A stretch of DNA of 64,000 bases from positions 496,001-560,000 of the forward strand of contig NGBS01001160.1 in assembly GCA_002245135.1 (NCBI GenBank). The letters run 5' to 3'. Made by a program: the position numbers and the translations under genes. The notes beneath the pieces are model-generated. The model was not told the origin of the DNA, ran no database searches, and saw nothing but the letters and a program-made list of their open reading frames with translations. Of this stretch, positions 49,001-62,182 are shown in pieces (within the stretch, counting starts at the first letter, position 1; each line of letters opens with the position of its first letter). The stretch is from Proteromonas lacertae (lineage: Eukaryota).

Positions 49001-50115
49001 AACAGTTATTTGTGATGTTATTTATCGCTCATTTAGTTGGTTGTTTATGGTATGGAGTTTCTGCTTATTCTATAACTGAAGATGATCCAAATAGTAACTG
49101 GGTAACTGATTATTGTGTATATCAAAATGCTTCAAATCTTAATGATTGTCTGTCATTAAAGAATGAATCATTGGGTATAAAATACTTGACTTCTGTCTAC
49201 TTTTCTTTTGCTCTAATGGGTACTGTTGGTTATGGAGATATACATGCTCATCATTCGAATGTAACTGAGATGTTAGTTTGCTGTGTTTTATTAGTAATTG
49301 GTACAACAGCTATGTCTTATTTAGTCTCCAGTGTGATGAGTTCTGTTCAAAGTGTGAATCCTGGTAAAGCAATAAGAAGTGATAAATTGAGATTAATCAA
49401 TGGATATAGTGATGATATTGGATTATCGGATGATATGACGAAAAGATTAAGACAAATTAGTGATTATACTTTGACAATACAAAGTGGATTTGATATTGAT
49501 ACAATATTTAATAACTTCCCAAATATGTTAAAGAGGGAAGTATTAGAAATATCTACTGATCCAATTGTCTCAACATTTGGAATATTGAATGAATTAGAAG
49601 TATCATTTCCTGGTTTTGTAGCTTATATTTGGCCTTTGTTTAGATGCTATCAAGCTAGAGCGAATGATTATTTATGGAAAACAGGTGAAGATATAAATGA
49701 ATTGTATTTCATATTACATGGAGAATTGAAACTAAAGAAAATGAATGGTCAAAGCACAATGATTAAAGTTGGATCAATTTTAGGAGAAGCATCAATGTTA
49801 ATTCCATTAAGTGTATATTGTATTAATTGTAGTGATTGTCAAGCTGTAATAACAAGCCAGATATTATCACTGCAAAGAAATCAATTTGAGTATATTAAAG
49901 GTATTAGTTTTGAAGTTTATAACCAAATGAAACAGAAATTGTTGAATAACTTAGAGATTGAACAACCTATTTATATAGATCCTGTAAATATTGATGATGA
50001 GATCAAAGAGATGTGCTTGTGTATTGAGAGTTATTGCCCTCCTAGAAGCACTCACGAATTTTTGACTGATGTAAATATAACTAATATAACTGAGGGTGGT
50101 GATGATAAGAACTAA
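46082..50115 (+). CDS. Two-repeat cyclic-nucleotide-gated/EAG-like K+ channel (2 x [6TM + CNBD]), 5 introns
   Basis: Pores TTVGFGDI and GTVGYGDI, two Arg/Lys-rich S4 segments and two CNBD-like regions. Intron 47882-47915 joins the halves in frame. Confidence 0.9.
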
Positions 50116-50229
50116 TAGTAAAGTATATAATTAACAAAAATTTTCCTAATAATTCAATTTATTGTTAATTTGTTGTTTTTTGTATTTCAATAATATATTC
50201 GTTACATTTTGTATTTTAAAAATTTTATA

Positions 50230-52080
50230 ATGATGAAAGGAGTTAAGTGTATTTTGTATTGTTGTTTTATATCTTTTCTAATAGTATATCTATATGATTA
50301 TAATATTTAGTTCTTTTTTTGGCAATTGTCGTTATTCGCTGCATTCATGAAAAATGAAGGAACTAGAAATATGTATATTGATCTGTCGAAGCAAGAAGAA
50401 AAATTGCCTAATGAAATACAAAATCAAGACGTTATAACAACTTCATCACCAACAACTCCTTCGTATCTTCGCAAGCCAACTGGAAAAAATGATAATAACA
50501 ATTTGGGAATGAGTAAAGCCGAAAATAGTCATTTTCAATCTATATACAAAACAATTCAAAATAGAGACAGAAAGAATGTGAAGTATCTAATGGTATTATT
50601 CACAACACTGTATGTTACTCCTGTATAACTCTATATTTAATGAAATCATATAATAGAAAAAACTAAAAACTCAGATTCAAATTAATACATTAATCAACAT
50701 GAAATCACTCGAACCAGAAATTAAACCGTTATTATTTACAAATGAGACAATTTGGATCGAAAGAGCAAAAGAACTAGGAATTGATGCATCTTCTAATTAT
50801 TCGTATTTATAATATATATATATTACAATTATTTTATTTTTGATAGAACAAATCGTTTTGGAACACCAACAATAAAATCTTTCTATTTCTATGCCTATGA
50901 ACATTATTCAGCTTTCTTTTACTGCTATCAAAATGGAGATATACTAATTCCTCAATCAATAAAACCAACACTTCAACACATTCAAGGATTAATTATGAGT
51001 AATGAATTGACAGAAAGAGTGTTTATATTCTCAAGGAGATATAATTATAAAACAAAATCAAAAGATATTTTAACACCTGATAATATTGAAGAAACATTTG
51101 AAAGAATGAAGAAGAAAGCGAAGATATTTATTCCACTAGCCGTTGATATATTTATAATTACACCATATACCTGGAATTGGAATATATTTCCTCCATTAGT
51201 AATTGGAAGACCATTTTATGATGGATTCTTATTGGATTATAGTTATCATCATGATGAAATAGCTACAATTGAAGTAACTAATACGGTGTATGTATTACAT
51301 CAGAATGACAGATCTGGAGATTTTGCATGGATTAGATTGGTATTATTATATATATATATATATTATTGATCATTTTATTTATTTATTTATTTATAGAAAC
51401 ATAAAGATAGTCATTATAATTTGGATATGGTTAATAATTCATTATGTCATCCATTTACATTATATACAAGATATGTTACCAGTATTATTATTTTATACAT
51501 ATTTATATTTGAAAAATAGATTTTGATGATACAAATCAGGTTTATCTAAGTAGATATTATAATTCATCTGTTGCTGAATATCCTTTATTATATAATTGTA
51601 CAATAAAAGGAAACTATTCATGTGTTACTTCAATAATCAATAATGATAAGTATTATGGAAATATAGTGAATGAAAAACATGAGTATGATTATTTTTGTAT
51701 TTTATTATAGGACTTTAATTCATTATGCAATTAATTATAATCGTTTTAATATTTTGAGGTATTTGTTGAATAGAGGATGTAATATATATGTCAGTGGAAG
51801 TCATGGAGTAACACCTTTGCATTATGCTGCTATGCAAAAGAATCATGAAATGTTATCTCTCTTATTATCATACAATAGTCCAATTAATAATGCTACAAAC
51901 ACAGATAAAGATACAGCACTTCATATAGTTGTTAGAAATAATTGTGTAGAATGTGTGAAAGTTCTGTTAGATAATAATCCAGATTTAACACTCAGAAATA
52001 ACAAATATAAAACTCCTTTTGATTTGTGTAAGAATGAAGAGATATGTCAGTTAATTACAAAATATCAATCAAAGATGTAA
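50230..52080 (+). CDS. Type II membrane glycosyltransferase-like protein fused to C-terminal ankyrin repeats, 6 introns
   Basis: N-terminal TM. Motifs LFTT, TNRFGTP, YQNGDIL and VIGRPFYD. The frame continues into GVTPLHYAA and DTALHIVV ankyrin repeats. Confidence 0.7.
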
Positions 52081-52203
52081 ATGTAAATAATGTTTTTTTT
52101 CACAAATATTTATTAATATTTATTTTTTCCTTTTTTTCCCTCTTCTTTTTATTCAACTAATATATAATTTTAAATTATAATGACCAAAATTATATATAAT
52201 TAT

Positions 52204-53787
52204 TTATATTTTTATTTCTATTGATTCACTTATATCAATTCCAATAGCTTCAGCAGTTACTTTTAATACACCATTCTCATTTAAGTCAAATGTAACATCC
52301 ACTTTTACTTCTCCTTTCTTCTTCTTAGGTATATTATGTAATATAAACTTATTCAAAACTGTATTTTCTGATTGTAAAGTACTATCTCCTTCAAATATTG
52401 TAATGTCCATTATATCTTGATTATCATTATATGTTTTAAAACTCCTTATTGATGTAGTTGGCAAAACAGTAAACTTTTTAATCATTTCACAACAATCACA
52501 TTCATTAACATCTGTTGATAAAGTGAATGAACTAACATCTTTTATAATTATATTCTTGAAGAAATCACTACATGCAACAATAGCTGCTCCACTTGCTACA
52601 ATATCATCTGGATTCAATAATTCTCTTATCTTTGTAGGAGATGGAAAATTATTTCTTAATCTAGTCTTTATTTCTATTATTCTACTACTACCACCAACTA
52701 ATATAACTGATCCAATTGAGTCTTTTTCTATATTATTCTCTTTCAACAAGTTATTAACCAAATCTATTGTTCTTTTATAAATATCCTTATTAATTTCATT
52801 CATTTTTGACCTACTTAATTCTAAATCAATTCCTTCAATATCTTCTAAAAACTCACAATTTAAACAATATACTTCAGCAGCTGATAATCCTATTTTTGCA
52901 TTTTCACAAGCTCTTTTTAAATTCATTAATTTCTTCATATTCTTTTCATTCTCATTGCTATATAAATCAATCTTCTTATATTGTTTATATAAATCAGCAT
53001 AATATTTCACTAGATTATTGTCTAAATCCTGTCCACCCAAGTGATTATCACCTCCTGTTGCTTTTACTGTTATTGTAATATTATTAGATGATGAATGATT
53101 AGTAATATCTAAATCTATCACAGATACGTCAAATGTGCCACCTCCAAAATCATAAATCAACAATCTTTCACTTTTTAGAGATGATGAACTTCTATTTTCA
53201 TAACAATATGATATTGCTGCTGCTGTTGGTTCATTAATAATTCTTATCACTTCTAAGTTAGCTTTTTCGGCTGCTTCTATTGTTTTTTGTCTTTGACTGT
53301 TTTTGAAATAAGCTGGAACTGTTATTACAGCAGGAGTTCTTTTGGATGGATCATTTGCTACAAATTCATCAGCCTTCCTCTTTATTTTTTTCAATATTTC
53401 GGCAGATATATCTTCTGGAGGTAATAATACTTCACCATTATTAGATTCTACTTTTATTCTAGTATCACCGTTTTCATTGGCTACAGTATCAAATGGCCAA
53501 TTCTTTATGTCATCTTCTTTTAATTCGTTAAACTTTTTCCCAATCATCCTTTTAGAGTCATAAATACAAGATTTATATTTATTTTTACCACAACTTTTTG
53601 CAGCTGATCCGACTATAATTTCATTATATTCTGGTGTGAAATACACCACCGAAGGTATTGTACTCTTCCCATCTTCAAAATAAACTATATGTTTTACTTT
53701 ATTCTCCATAGAATCTGTTTTAAATGTTGCTACTGAGGAATATGTTGTTCCTAAATCGATTCCAATATTGTGGCTATTCATATTCAC
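52204..53787 (-). CDS. HSP70: Divergent intronless Hsp70/DnaK-family protein lacking the C-terminal lid
   Basis: IGIDLGTTYS, VITVPAYF, IINEPTAAA, YDFGGGTFDVS and LVGGSSRI. The protein ends right after the SBD-beta (DVTFDLNENGVLKVTA). Confidence 0.92.
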   Translation of the reverse strand: MNMNSHNIGIDLGTTYSSVATFKTDSMENKVKHIVYFEDGKSTIPSVVYFTPEYNEIIVGSAAKSCGKNKYKSCIYDSKRMIGKKFNELKEDDIKNWPFDTVANENGDTRIKVESNNGEVLLPPEDISAEILKKIKRKADEFVANDPSKRTPAVITVPAYFKNSQRQKTIEAAEKANLEVIRIINEPTAAAISYCYENRSSSSLKSERLLIYDFGGGTFDVSVIDLDITNHSSSNNITITVKATGGDNHLGGQDLDNNLVKYYADLYKQYKKIDLYSNENEKNMKKLMNLKRACENAKIGLSAAEVYCLNCEFLEDIEGIDLELSRSKMNEINKDIYKRTIDLVNNLLKENNIEKDSIGSVILVGGSSRIIEIKTRLRNNFPSPTKIRELLNPDDIVASGAAIVACSDFFKNIIIKDVSSFTLSTDVNECDCCEMIKKFTVLPTTSIRSFKTYNDNQDIMDITIFEGDSTLQSENTVLNKFILHNIPKKKKGEVKVDVTFDLNENGVLKVTAEAIGIDISESIEIKI

Positions 53788-53941
53788 AAATGTTACTCAA
53801 AAAGTCAAAAACTACTTCAAGCACAAAGCTTGACTGTAAAAATAAAAAATTGTGAAATTCTCAACAGATAATACAATTTAACAATAAACAACAACACATT
53901 TAAAACAAAAAAATATTAAACAATACTAAAATAAATGTCAA

Positions 53942-54797
53942 TTAACTACTAATAGGTTTCATCGAGTTATAATGTGGTCCAGAACTAATAGCATGATATA
54001 ATATCACCAACTTCAATGGTTCATCTTTATATTGTTCACCTATTTTTATTGTGTCATTAATATTGTATATTTCTATTGGACATTTAATTGAGTCAGAAAA
54101 AGCCGTTAATTCTACATCTCCTCCCCATTCTCCTGTATTTTCCATTTTATCACAATATTGTTCAAATGAACAAGTTTCTGTATCAATAAATGGTGAATAA
54201 ATCTCAGGATGAGATCTTATCTGTTTAACAGTTTGTTTTCTAATTACTAAATGACCTACATCTGTTGGATATTGTATTCCTCTTAAACTTAATTGATGAA
54301 TTAAAGCTCTAAATAGACAGTGTCCATCTGCAGGAACATCTACTAATTTATAACCCAGCTTTTCTAGTTTTGCTGTAAGATTCTCATATTCTTCATTCTG
54401 TGCTGAAGGTCCCTATATAAATATATATATTTATATTAGATAACAAAAGAATACGTGATCTGTAGAAGTTGCAGTTTCATTCTTTCTTTTTTCTAGCCAT
54501 TTTTCTTTTCTTCTTCTGGCTCTTAAAACTTTAGCAGGAGGATCTTCTTTTCCTTCAGTAACTGGCTCTTGCTCTTCAGGTGGTATTTCACCATTTTCTT
54601 CTGCAAGTTTTCTTTCTTCTGCTGCTTTAGCTTCTGCTTCTTCCTTTTCTACTTTTGCAACTTGCTTTTTATGTCTAATATATCATAAATGATGTGCAAT
54701 ACTTCTTTCCATTGATATGCTGTTGAAATGCAGCATCATCTATACATTGAACACCACAATACTGACACAAACACTTCTCAGGTATAATTAAAGGCAT
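53942..54797 (-). CDS. OTU deubiquitinase (OTUD6-like) with an N-terminal U1/matrin-type C2H2 zinc finger, 2 introns
   Basis: CQYCGVQC...FQQHINGKKH finger. Catalytic motifs VPADGHCLF, WGGDVEL and HYNS. Confidence 0.88.
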
Positions 54798-54873
54798 AAA
54801 TGTGAAGTTTGACAAGCCAGAATTTCAAAATAGAATTACAAGAGATATAAAACTCATATTCTGCTATCTATGT

Positions 54874-55967
54874 ATGGATGAAATTGAAAATACTCTCATA
54901 TTGACAGTATGTTGATATTAAGTAATATTAATACTTAGGGATCAATTTCAAAATTGATTTATAAAATAAACTCAACTCTTTTTTCAAATGAACATTCTGA
55001 AATATATTTATGTTCTAGAGATAATGAAACATGTATTGTAAAATATGTATGAATTTTCTTTATAATAATATTTTGTTTCTAATAGAGAGATGATAATGGT
55101 TATTTATTAACTGAATATGAACGTATAGGGATTATTTAATAATTCCTATCTAGAACATCATGTCTTAAATCACCAAAATATAATTTGTTGTTATGAATTA
55201 GTTTATTCAAATAACAATCAAGTTAGTTATTCAATGGAATATGGTGGAACAGATCTTTTGTCAATGATACAGTACAACTCTTATGATATCACATTAGAAC
55301 AAATTCATTATATAATATCAGAAATAACAAAAGGAGTTTTATATCTCCATTCTAATAATTTAATACATAAGTATCTCTTTTGTTTATGTTATTATTATTA
55401 TTATTTAGAGATATCAAAACAAGTAATATATTATATAATAACAACAGCGTAATAAAAATATGTGATTTTGGTATTATAATGTAATTTAATGTTTTAGAAA
55501 ACTGTAATAACAATAGAACAATACCCATAAAATGTACTTTAAATTATTCACCTCCAGAAATTATTGTTTTTCCATATTCCGAATATACAGAGAAAATAGA
55601 TATATGGGGTATTGGTTTAATATATGTAGAACTACTGTTAGATAATATATTATTCAATGTAAACTCAGAATTTGATCTGATAGATGAAATGTTGAATGTA
55701 TTAGGAAAACCAACTGCAGAATCTTATCCTGAATACTTTACAACTATTTATCGTTCTTTCTGTGAAAGAGATGTTGTTCCATCATTATCAATTAAAATAA
55801 AAGATACAAGAAGCAGTATTGGTGAAGATGAACTGGAATTTATAAAAAGAATACTATCTTTCAATCCTAAGGACAGACCAACAGCAAAAGAAATACTAGA
55901 TAGTGATATATTAAAAAATAAGAATAAAGAGTCACTAAATATCCCAATTACAGAAATTAATAAATGA
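54874..55967 (+). CDS. Atypical CMGC-like Ser/Thr kinase, 5 introns
   Basis: Spliced motifs IVK, HKDIKTSNIL, KICDFE, TLNYSPPE, DIWGIG and FNPKDRPTA. No Gly-rich loop. Confidence 0.8.
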
Positions 55968-56001
55968 AAGAAATAATTCTTATTTATATTTATGTGCTAT
56001 T

Positions 56002-56889
56002 TTAACTAATTACAGCTCTGCTCATTTTAGGTTTTGGTCCTGTGCCTAATACAGCTGATTTAATACGACTTCCTTTTTGAACAGATTCTGAGCTAGTTCT
56101 AGACATAGCTTCTAAATGTTTTGCTTGGTCTGGATCTAAAGGTCCTAAGCTGAATCTTCTATCATTCGATTCACATAAACTACGTAATTCAAAGTAATAT
56201 TTTGCATATAATGAACTACTAACAGTTACGTTATAGGAAAGTAATTCCAAAAACTTTCTTTCGAATAAATTAATTGCTTTTAAATCTAATAAAGTTTCAT
56301 CAGCATGATGTACTGCAGATTTCCAGATTACTGGGAAATCTACATTTGCTAAACATCTATCATCCCACACCTTTTGTGCTAATAATAAAGCAGATAATAA
56401 AATTGGACGCCAATTCTTAGCATGAAGAGGAATTCCTGATAATGACATTAATCTGTTGATATAAACCAATGCAATCACATTACACTCTGGACTAAATTGA
56501 GCTTGTTCAAAAACAGAACTCATAAACTATAAAGAATCAAAACTGAGTTAAATTATACTGAATAAATCTCTTCAACGGAAGGAGTGACATTTGGACGAAC
56601 TGAAGCACCAGGACTAGCATATCTATCCTCGTTAAATACTTCATAAACTGGTTTCAAAGCTTCTTGTTCATTGTTAAGTGGCTTAAAAAAGTTACTAGAT
56701 ATTGATATACTTGTAGCATTTGACAATGAAGGACTGTACTAACACTTAAAATGGTCTCATCATTGTTAGGGACTGATATTGTACTTGTAACATAAAGAGT
56801 ACTATTACACACAAGATAACTGATTAACAATACCTAGTTGAATTGATACGAGGATCTCTAGTCTTCTTTTCTTCTTTGCTGTCGCTCAT
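56002..56889 (-). CDS. CCNY: Cyclin Y-like protein, 3 introns
   Basis: AQFSPECNVIALVYINRL, NWRPILLSALLLAQKVWDD and ERKFLELLSYNVTVSSSLYAKYYFELR. Confidence 0.9.
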
Positions 56890-56977
56890 TTATAATTAAA
56901 AAGAGATTTTGATAACTATATACTCACCAAATTTGATTAACAAAGATAATATTCCGTTTAGTTATTTCATAAAAGTT

Positions 56978-57443
56978 ATGACTGACGAGATTATAAGTAT
57001 TCAGGCTATTATATTTTATTAGTACCACGTTCATTTAAATTGATAGCTGAGTATGAAAAAACAATGAAAGAGTATAATTAGTCAGATAACAGTTTATAGT
57101 CCTGCTGTGGGTATTTCATTAGGTTTACTGCAAGATGATGATATTGAATTAAGAGTTTGGAATGCTATGATATATGGATTTGGTCTTACTAACAGTCATT
57201 TTCAGAATAACGATTGGCAGCTTCATTTAGAATGCTCTGATGATTATCCAAATGTACCACCAAAAATCAAATTTGTTGAAAGAGTACCATTGGATATAGT
57301 AGACAAAGCTAATTGTGTATAAATGTCACAGTATCATTCGTTAGGTTATTAATTCTAAAATTCCCTACTTGTCACACTGGAATAGAGAATGCACTCTTGA
57401 ACAAGCTGTCTTAGCAATAAGAGATATAATGAATAGAAGTTAA
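56978..57443 (+). CDS. MMS2: Ubiquitin-conjugating enzyme variant (UEV1/MMS2-like), 3 introns
   Basis: IPRSFKLIAEYEK, GISLGL..DDDI.L..WNAMIYG and LECSDDYPNVPPKIKF. Confidence 0.85.
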
Positions 57444-57533
57444 ACTAATTATTGTTTTTTTTATTATTTTTTTTGATGATTATATGGTTATAAAAATAAA
57501 TATATCTATCAAACTGAACAGCTCTATGTAAAA

Positions 57534-59045
57534 TCATTCTTTAATTAATGGTTCATTAGATACAAGACTGTTTTTTGAACTGCTTATATCAAATGATTCT
57601 ATTCTATAATGTAAATACAACATGTTTGAGAAACCAATAACCTCCATAACTATTAAGATTATTATCTATAGAAGAAAACAATAATAATAGAAAGAAATAC
57701 CTTTATGTAAAATGTATTATAAGTATTAAGAATAATTCCAATAACAGATTGTGTTGCAAATCCTAAAGACTGCCACATCTTGTAATTAGCCATAGCAGCA
57801 TTTCTATCAGCATCACACAAGAAATAAGATTGCAGAATAGCCACTTGCTAATTGAAATAATAAAAACAGAATATGATATACTTGACTTTCCCAAACGGCA
57901 TATCCAGAAGCATATAATAATACCAATCCAACACAAATAACAAAACTATCCATTGAATAATCATATTTAATATGTTCTCCAAATATCAAAACAAGAATAT
58001 AGAACAAAGAACACATTGTAAAGGATATATAAACTAAGCCAATTCTTCCAAGAGAAGTAGCTAATCTACCATAGAAAAGGCAAACTAAAAAAAAATATTA
58101 CAAAATATAACATAATATAATAATAATAATATACATAATGCATTTGCACAATAGAATGATGAAATAATATAGCCACTATTTTCTACACCTAACATTCTTC
58201 CAGCAATAAATTTCATAAACTCAGACATCATAAAACTCAAACACATTCCATTATAATAGATAATTGGACACATCAATCTCATTTTATTTGAATGGATTAA
58301 TAATGAGATTGTTTCGTAATAAGAAACCTCTTTAACTTCTACATTTTCAAATGTTGGTGCAGGTATATCTGGAAGGAAGAATAATATGAATATTCCAAAA
58401 CATGATGTTATTGACATGAATATAAACATATACTAAAAATGTTATTAAAAAAAGAAAGAATGAATGAATAATATATACTGTCGCTTCATGATAAACATTT
58501 AGGATTAATGAGCCTGTAAACGTACCAAAAGTACCTGAGAGTTGAAATAGGCAGAAAAATAATCCATTGAAGAAAGATGTAGATTGTTGTCTGTCTAATT
58601 CCATTAAATCATTAAAAAAATACTCATATTAGAGCAAGTAGTATAGTGAAGACAGAGTCTTCCTAAGTACACTCCTTCAGCATTCCATAATAATGTAGCA
58701 CCCATTCCTAGTAACACATTCAAGAAGATTAATAGAGGAGCAATAGGCTTTATATTGCCCAAAATCACACAGATATATGCTGTACAACCTAACATTAAAG
58801 ACCATCTCAAACCAATCTTATTAACGATTTTTGGTCCAACGATCGAGAATACAGCAAAAGTACCATATTGAGTTCCTAGACAAATATAGCCAAGGGTTTT
58901 ATTCAACTGACTTTGGAAATCCTAAGAGTTAATTAGAAAAATATACTTGAGCAACACTAAACGAAAAGAAAATCCAGAAAAGCCCAGCCATTAGCACAGC
59001 AAAGCTAATTATATATCTCTTCTTTGGATCTTTTAAAACTTCCAT
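57534..59045 (-). CDS. UNC-93-like MFS membrane transporter, 6 introns
   Basis: GPKIVNKIGLRWSL, LLGMGATLLWNAEGVYL, FNGLFFCLFQLSGTFG and ANYKMWQSLG, plus many TM segments. Confidence 0.88.
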
Positions 59046-59194
59046 GAGTAATTAATTAATAAACGCAATTAATACCAATTTTTTTATTGTGATAATTTTC
59101 ACTAACAAATACAGCACAAATACAATAAACGAAAAATTAGTACTTTTTAAAGACGAAAAAAAAGAGAGTGAGAGTAGGTAAAAATAAATAAAAA

Positions 59195-60056
59195 TCACAT
59201 CTTCCATCCATTCACTTCAGAAGCATATTCAAATAAGAATTTCGAAGATTCACCTATTCCTCTAACCAATAAATCTTCTCCTTCTATTAATCCATTCACT
59301 TTAGGATCTAAAGCACTGTGAAGTGTAACATTAGCTAATTCTCTTGTTCTAATTGCCTATAAGAATAAAATAATAATAAATATATGTAATACATGATACA
59401 ATCCAGGTACATTTGGATTTCTAGCCCATTTATGTCTGAAATAAATACCTTGAAAATAACCCAAAAATAATTCTCCACTAAACACATGCCCTGGTTTTAT
59501 AACCACTATCTTACCATCATTATTTTGTAATAATTCCTGTTCACATTGCCATTTTAAGTCTATTGCTTCTTTTGGAACATATCTCTTTCCTGCACAACTC
59601 ATATATACGAATTTATCAACTCCATATTTCTTACACATTTCTGCACATATCAGAGGACCTTCATAATTCACATCTCTCATATTTGCTAGAGCTCCAGGTC
59701 GATTTTCTATTAATTTGTGTCAAATATGTTGAAATATACTATATAATCCAGCAATATAGATAACAGCATCTCTATCCTCATATAATTTAGGATTCCAATC
59801 CTGATTAAAGATAAAAGAAATGATTGAAATACTTTTATATTATGTATATCACCTTTCACAAATTTTACTTTCTCTTCCCACCATTTGTCTGACTGTAACC
59901 TATTTCACAATCAAAATAAACTAAATACCAAGCATTACTACCATAAAGTGCTCCTGTACTAGTCACACTTGTTAATCGCAAACCTGCTTTTACACCCATC
60001 CTAAATACTTCTTTACCTACCAACCCAGTTCCTCCTATGATCGTAATACTTGCCAT
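59195..60056 (-). CDS. Atypical SDR / NAD(P)-binding Rossmann-fold protein, 4 introns
   Basis: ITIIGGTGLVG, DVNYEG...GVDKFVYMS, K...EQEL and VVIKPG. Confidence 0.8.
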
Positions 60057-60236
60057 TTTGTTAATGAATGGCTTGATGAGAATCAAACTTATATATTATT
60101 ATTTCTTTCCAATAAACACTATATAATACATCAATCACATTATTTAATTTATTAGAGTGTTTAATAAACTACAGTTTAAATAATACATGTAATTATCTTT
60201 TTTTCTATTTTGATATATACACAAAAACACTAAATT

Positions 60237-61760
60237 CTAATCACAGGATTGACTTCTAACTAATTCACTATCTTCAGGAATCATACTATACAATGGAACA
60301 GCCATATTAGACTGATTATTATACTTATTACTATACGTTCCAAATCCTTTTGGAGAAATAAAGCTATTCTTAATAACAATATCTGATAATTGAGTTGATA
60401 ATAAATCATTATTTACACTTCCATAATTAACACTATTAACATTAGTAGGCATTTCATACGTTTCTTTACCTGTTTCTTCCATATCTGCTGTAGGTGAAGT
60501 AGTTGCTGTAGGTGGAGTTGTTATATTATTACTCTTCTTATAATCAGATTCTTTGATTATTGAGAAAGGTCTTCTGTTGGATGATAAAGTGAGGTTTGAT
60601 TGACTTGTGGTAGTTCTAGTCATTCTTAAGATTGATACTGGTGATATTATATTTATATTTACATCTCTTGTATTATTATTATTATTATTATTATCAGATA
60701 AACAACTTGAGATTGATTTTCTATTGGATCTTCCTCTAGATCTTAATTTCTTAACATTATTACTTTCACATTGATTATACTGTAATAACATTGATCTATA
60801 TTGAACATAATAAGAATCGATCTCAGATATCATTGGATAAATATTAAAACTATTTAAATACTTTATTGCAAATAACTCTTTCTTATTGTAACTGTATTCT
60901 TTATTATATTTCCTTATCATAATATTCGTTAATTCACTAAAAGACACTTCGTTTAAATTATCACAACCATAATTATATTTCATTGGGTTTGGAATCCTGT
61001 TGAAAAATGATTTTAATGTATTACTACATGACATTGATGGTAGTCTGCTATTATGATGAGATTGGTATTCTTTTATCTCAATTATGTTCTTTCTTCTATT
61101 CATTATGATTTTGTAATAATCTCTTTCATTTGTGCAACTTTGAAGGTTCCATATGTATTTCATCATGTTCATTCTTAATATACTGATTGGATCCCATAGT
61201 TCATTCACTTGAGAGGCGAAATTACAGAATTGATTGAAACTGAGGTTACTGTCATTGTTAAGATCATATTTGTAGAATAATTCACCGTGCAAATTCTGGA
61301 AATAAGGTAAAGTCATCAACAAGTCCAAGATATTTGTCAATTTATAAAAACTAACTTCACTTTGATTTGGACCGATTGAATGTATTAAGAAATAGAATAT
61401 TGCAACTGAAGGCGCAAATGAAAAGAACATAACGAGTTGGAAAAACGAATTCCAACCAAGTGAGTTATACTCGAAGATTGAGAACAAATGTCCCATCAAT
61501 GGTATGTTAGGGTAATGTATGTACAACAGAAAATTTGATCTGAATTTTTGTGGAGTGGTTTTATTTCTATAATTATTAATAACGAGTTAAATACTTTGAC
61601 AGTTCTGTAAATATTTCATATATATGTTTTACCTCATAGTTATTAACTATAAATATAAGAAGATCATAGATATACGGAAGAAATATTTTGCAAACTTCAT
61701 TGACTCAGCGTTGAGGCTGTATTTATTCAGGTTTGTAGAGGGTAATATTCTGGACGGCAT
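60237..61760 (-). CDS. Degenerate EF-hand family protein (tandem paralog 1), 2 introns
   Basis: EF-like loop DLNNDSNLSFNQF. Shares the FAKYFF, NRRKNI and FAIKYL..F..YP...EID.YY..YR motifs with its neighbour. Confidence 0.8.
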
Positions 61761-62182
61761 AACGTTTTAAAAATGAATAAATATGTGTTGTTCTTTTCTA
61801 GAAAAAAAAAATGTAAATCGAATGTGTAACTGATAATTTTCTGTTTTTTTAAATCTCATATATCCGGCTTATATACTATATCGAATATGTAACTTATCTA
61901 ATCATATATATGAATATAGCATTTGACGTTAAAGAAATATTATAACGGTTTTTGATTTATTATTCTGTACCTTTATATTATCTTTTTAATGGCAAATTTA
62001 TAATATTTCGCCTATTTGCTATGCAAGTTGTTAATATCTTACTTTTGTCTGTAAAATCTAACAATTATGCTAAATACTCATATTTATTTCATAATTGTTA
62101 TACAATCATACCACACAAATGATATATAAAAAAGAGATGCAAATAAAATAAATAATAATTAACCACAATTTCGTCTAAAAAT

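Noticed and set aside
61770..62180. Long intergenic gap as a possible ncRNA or tRNA locus
   Set aside because: No cloverleaf, A/B boxes or convincing stems were seen. It is consistent with a UTR plus promoter.
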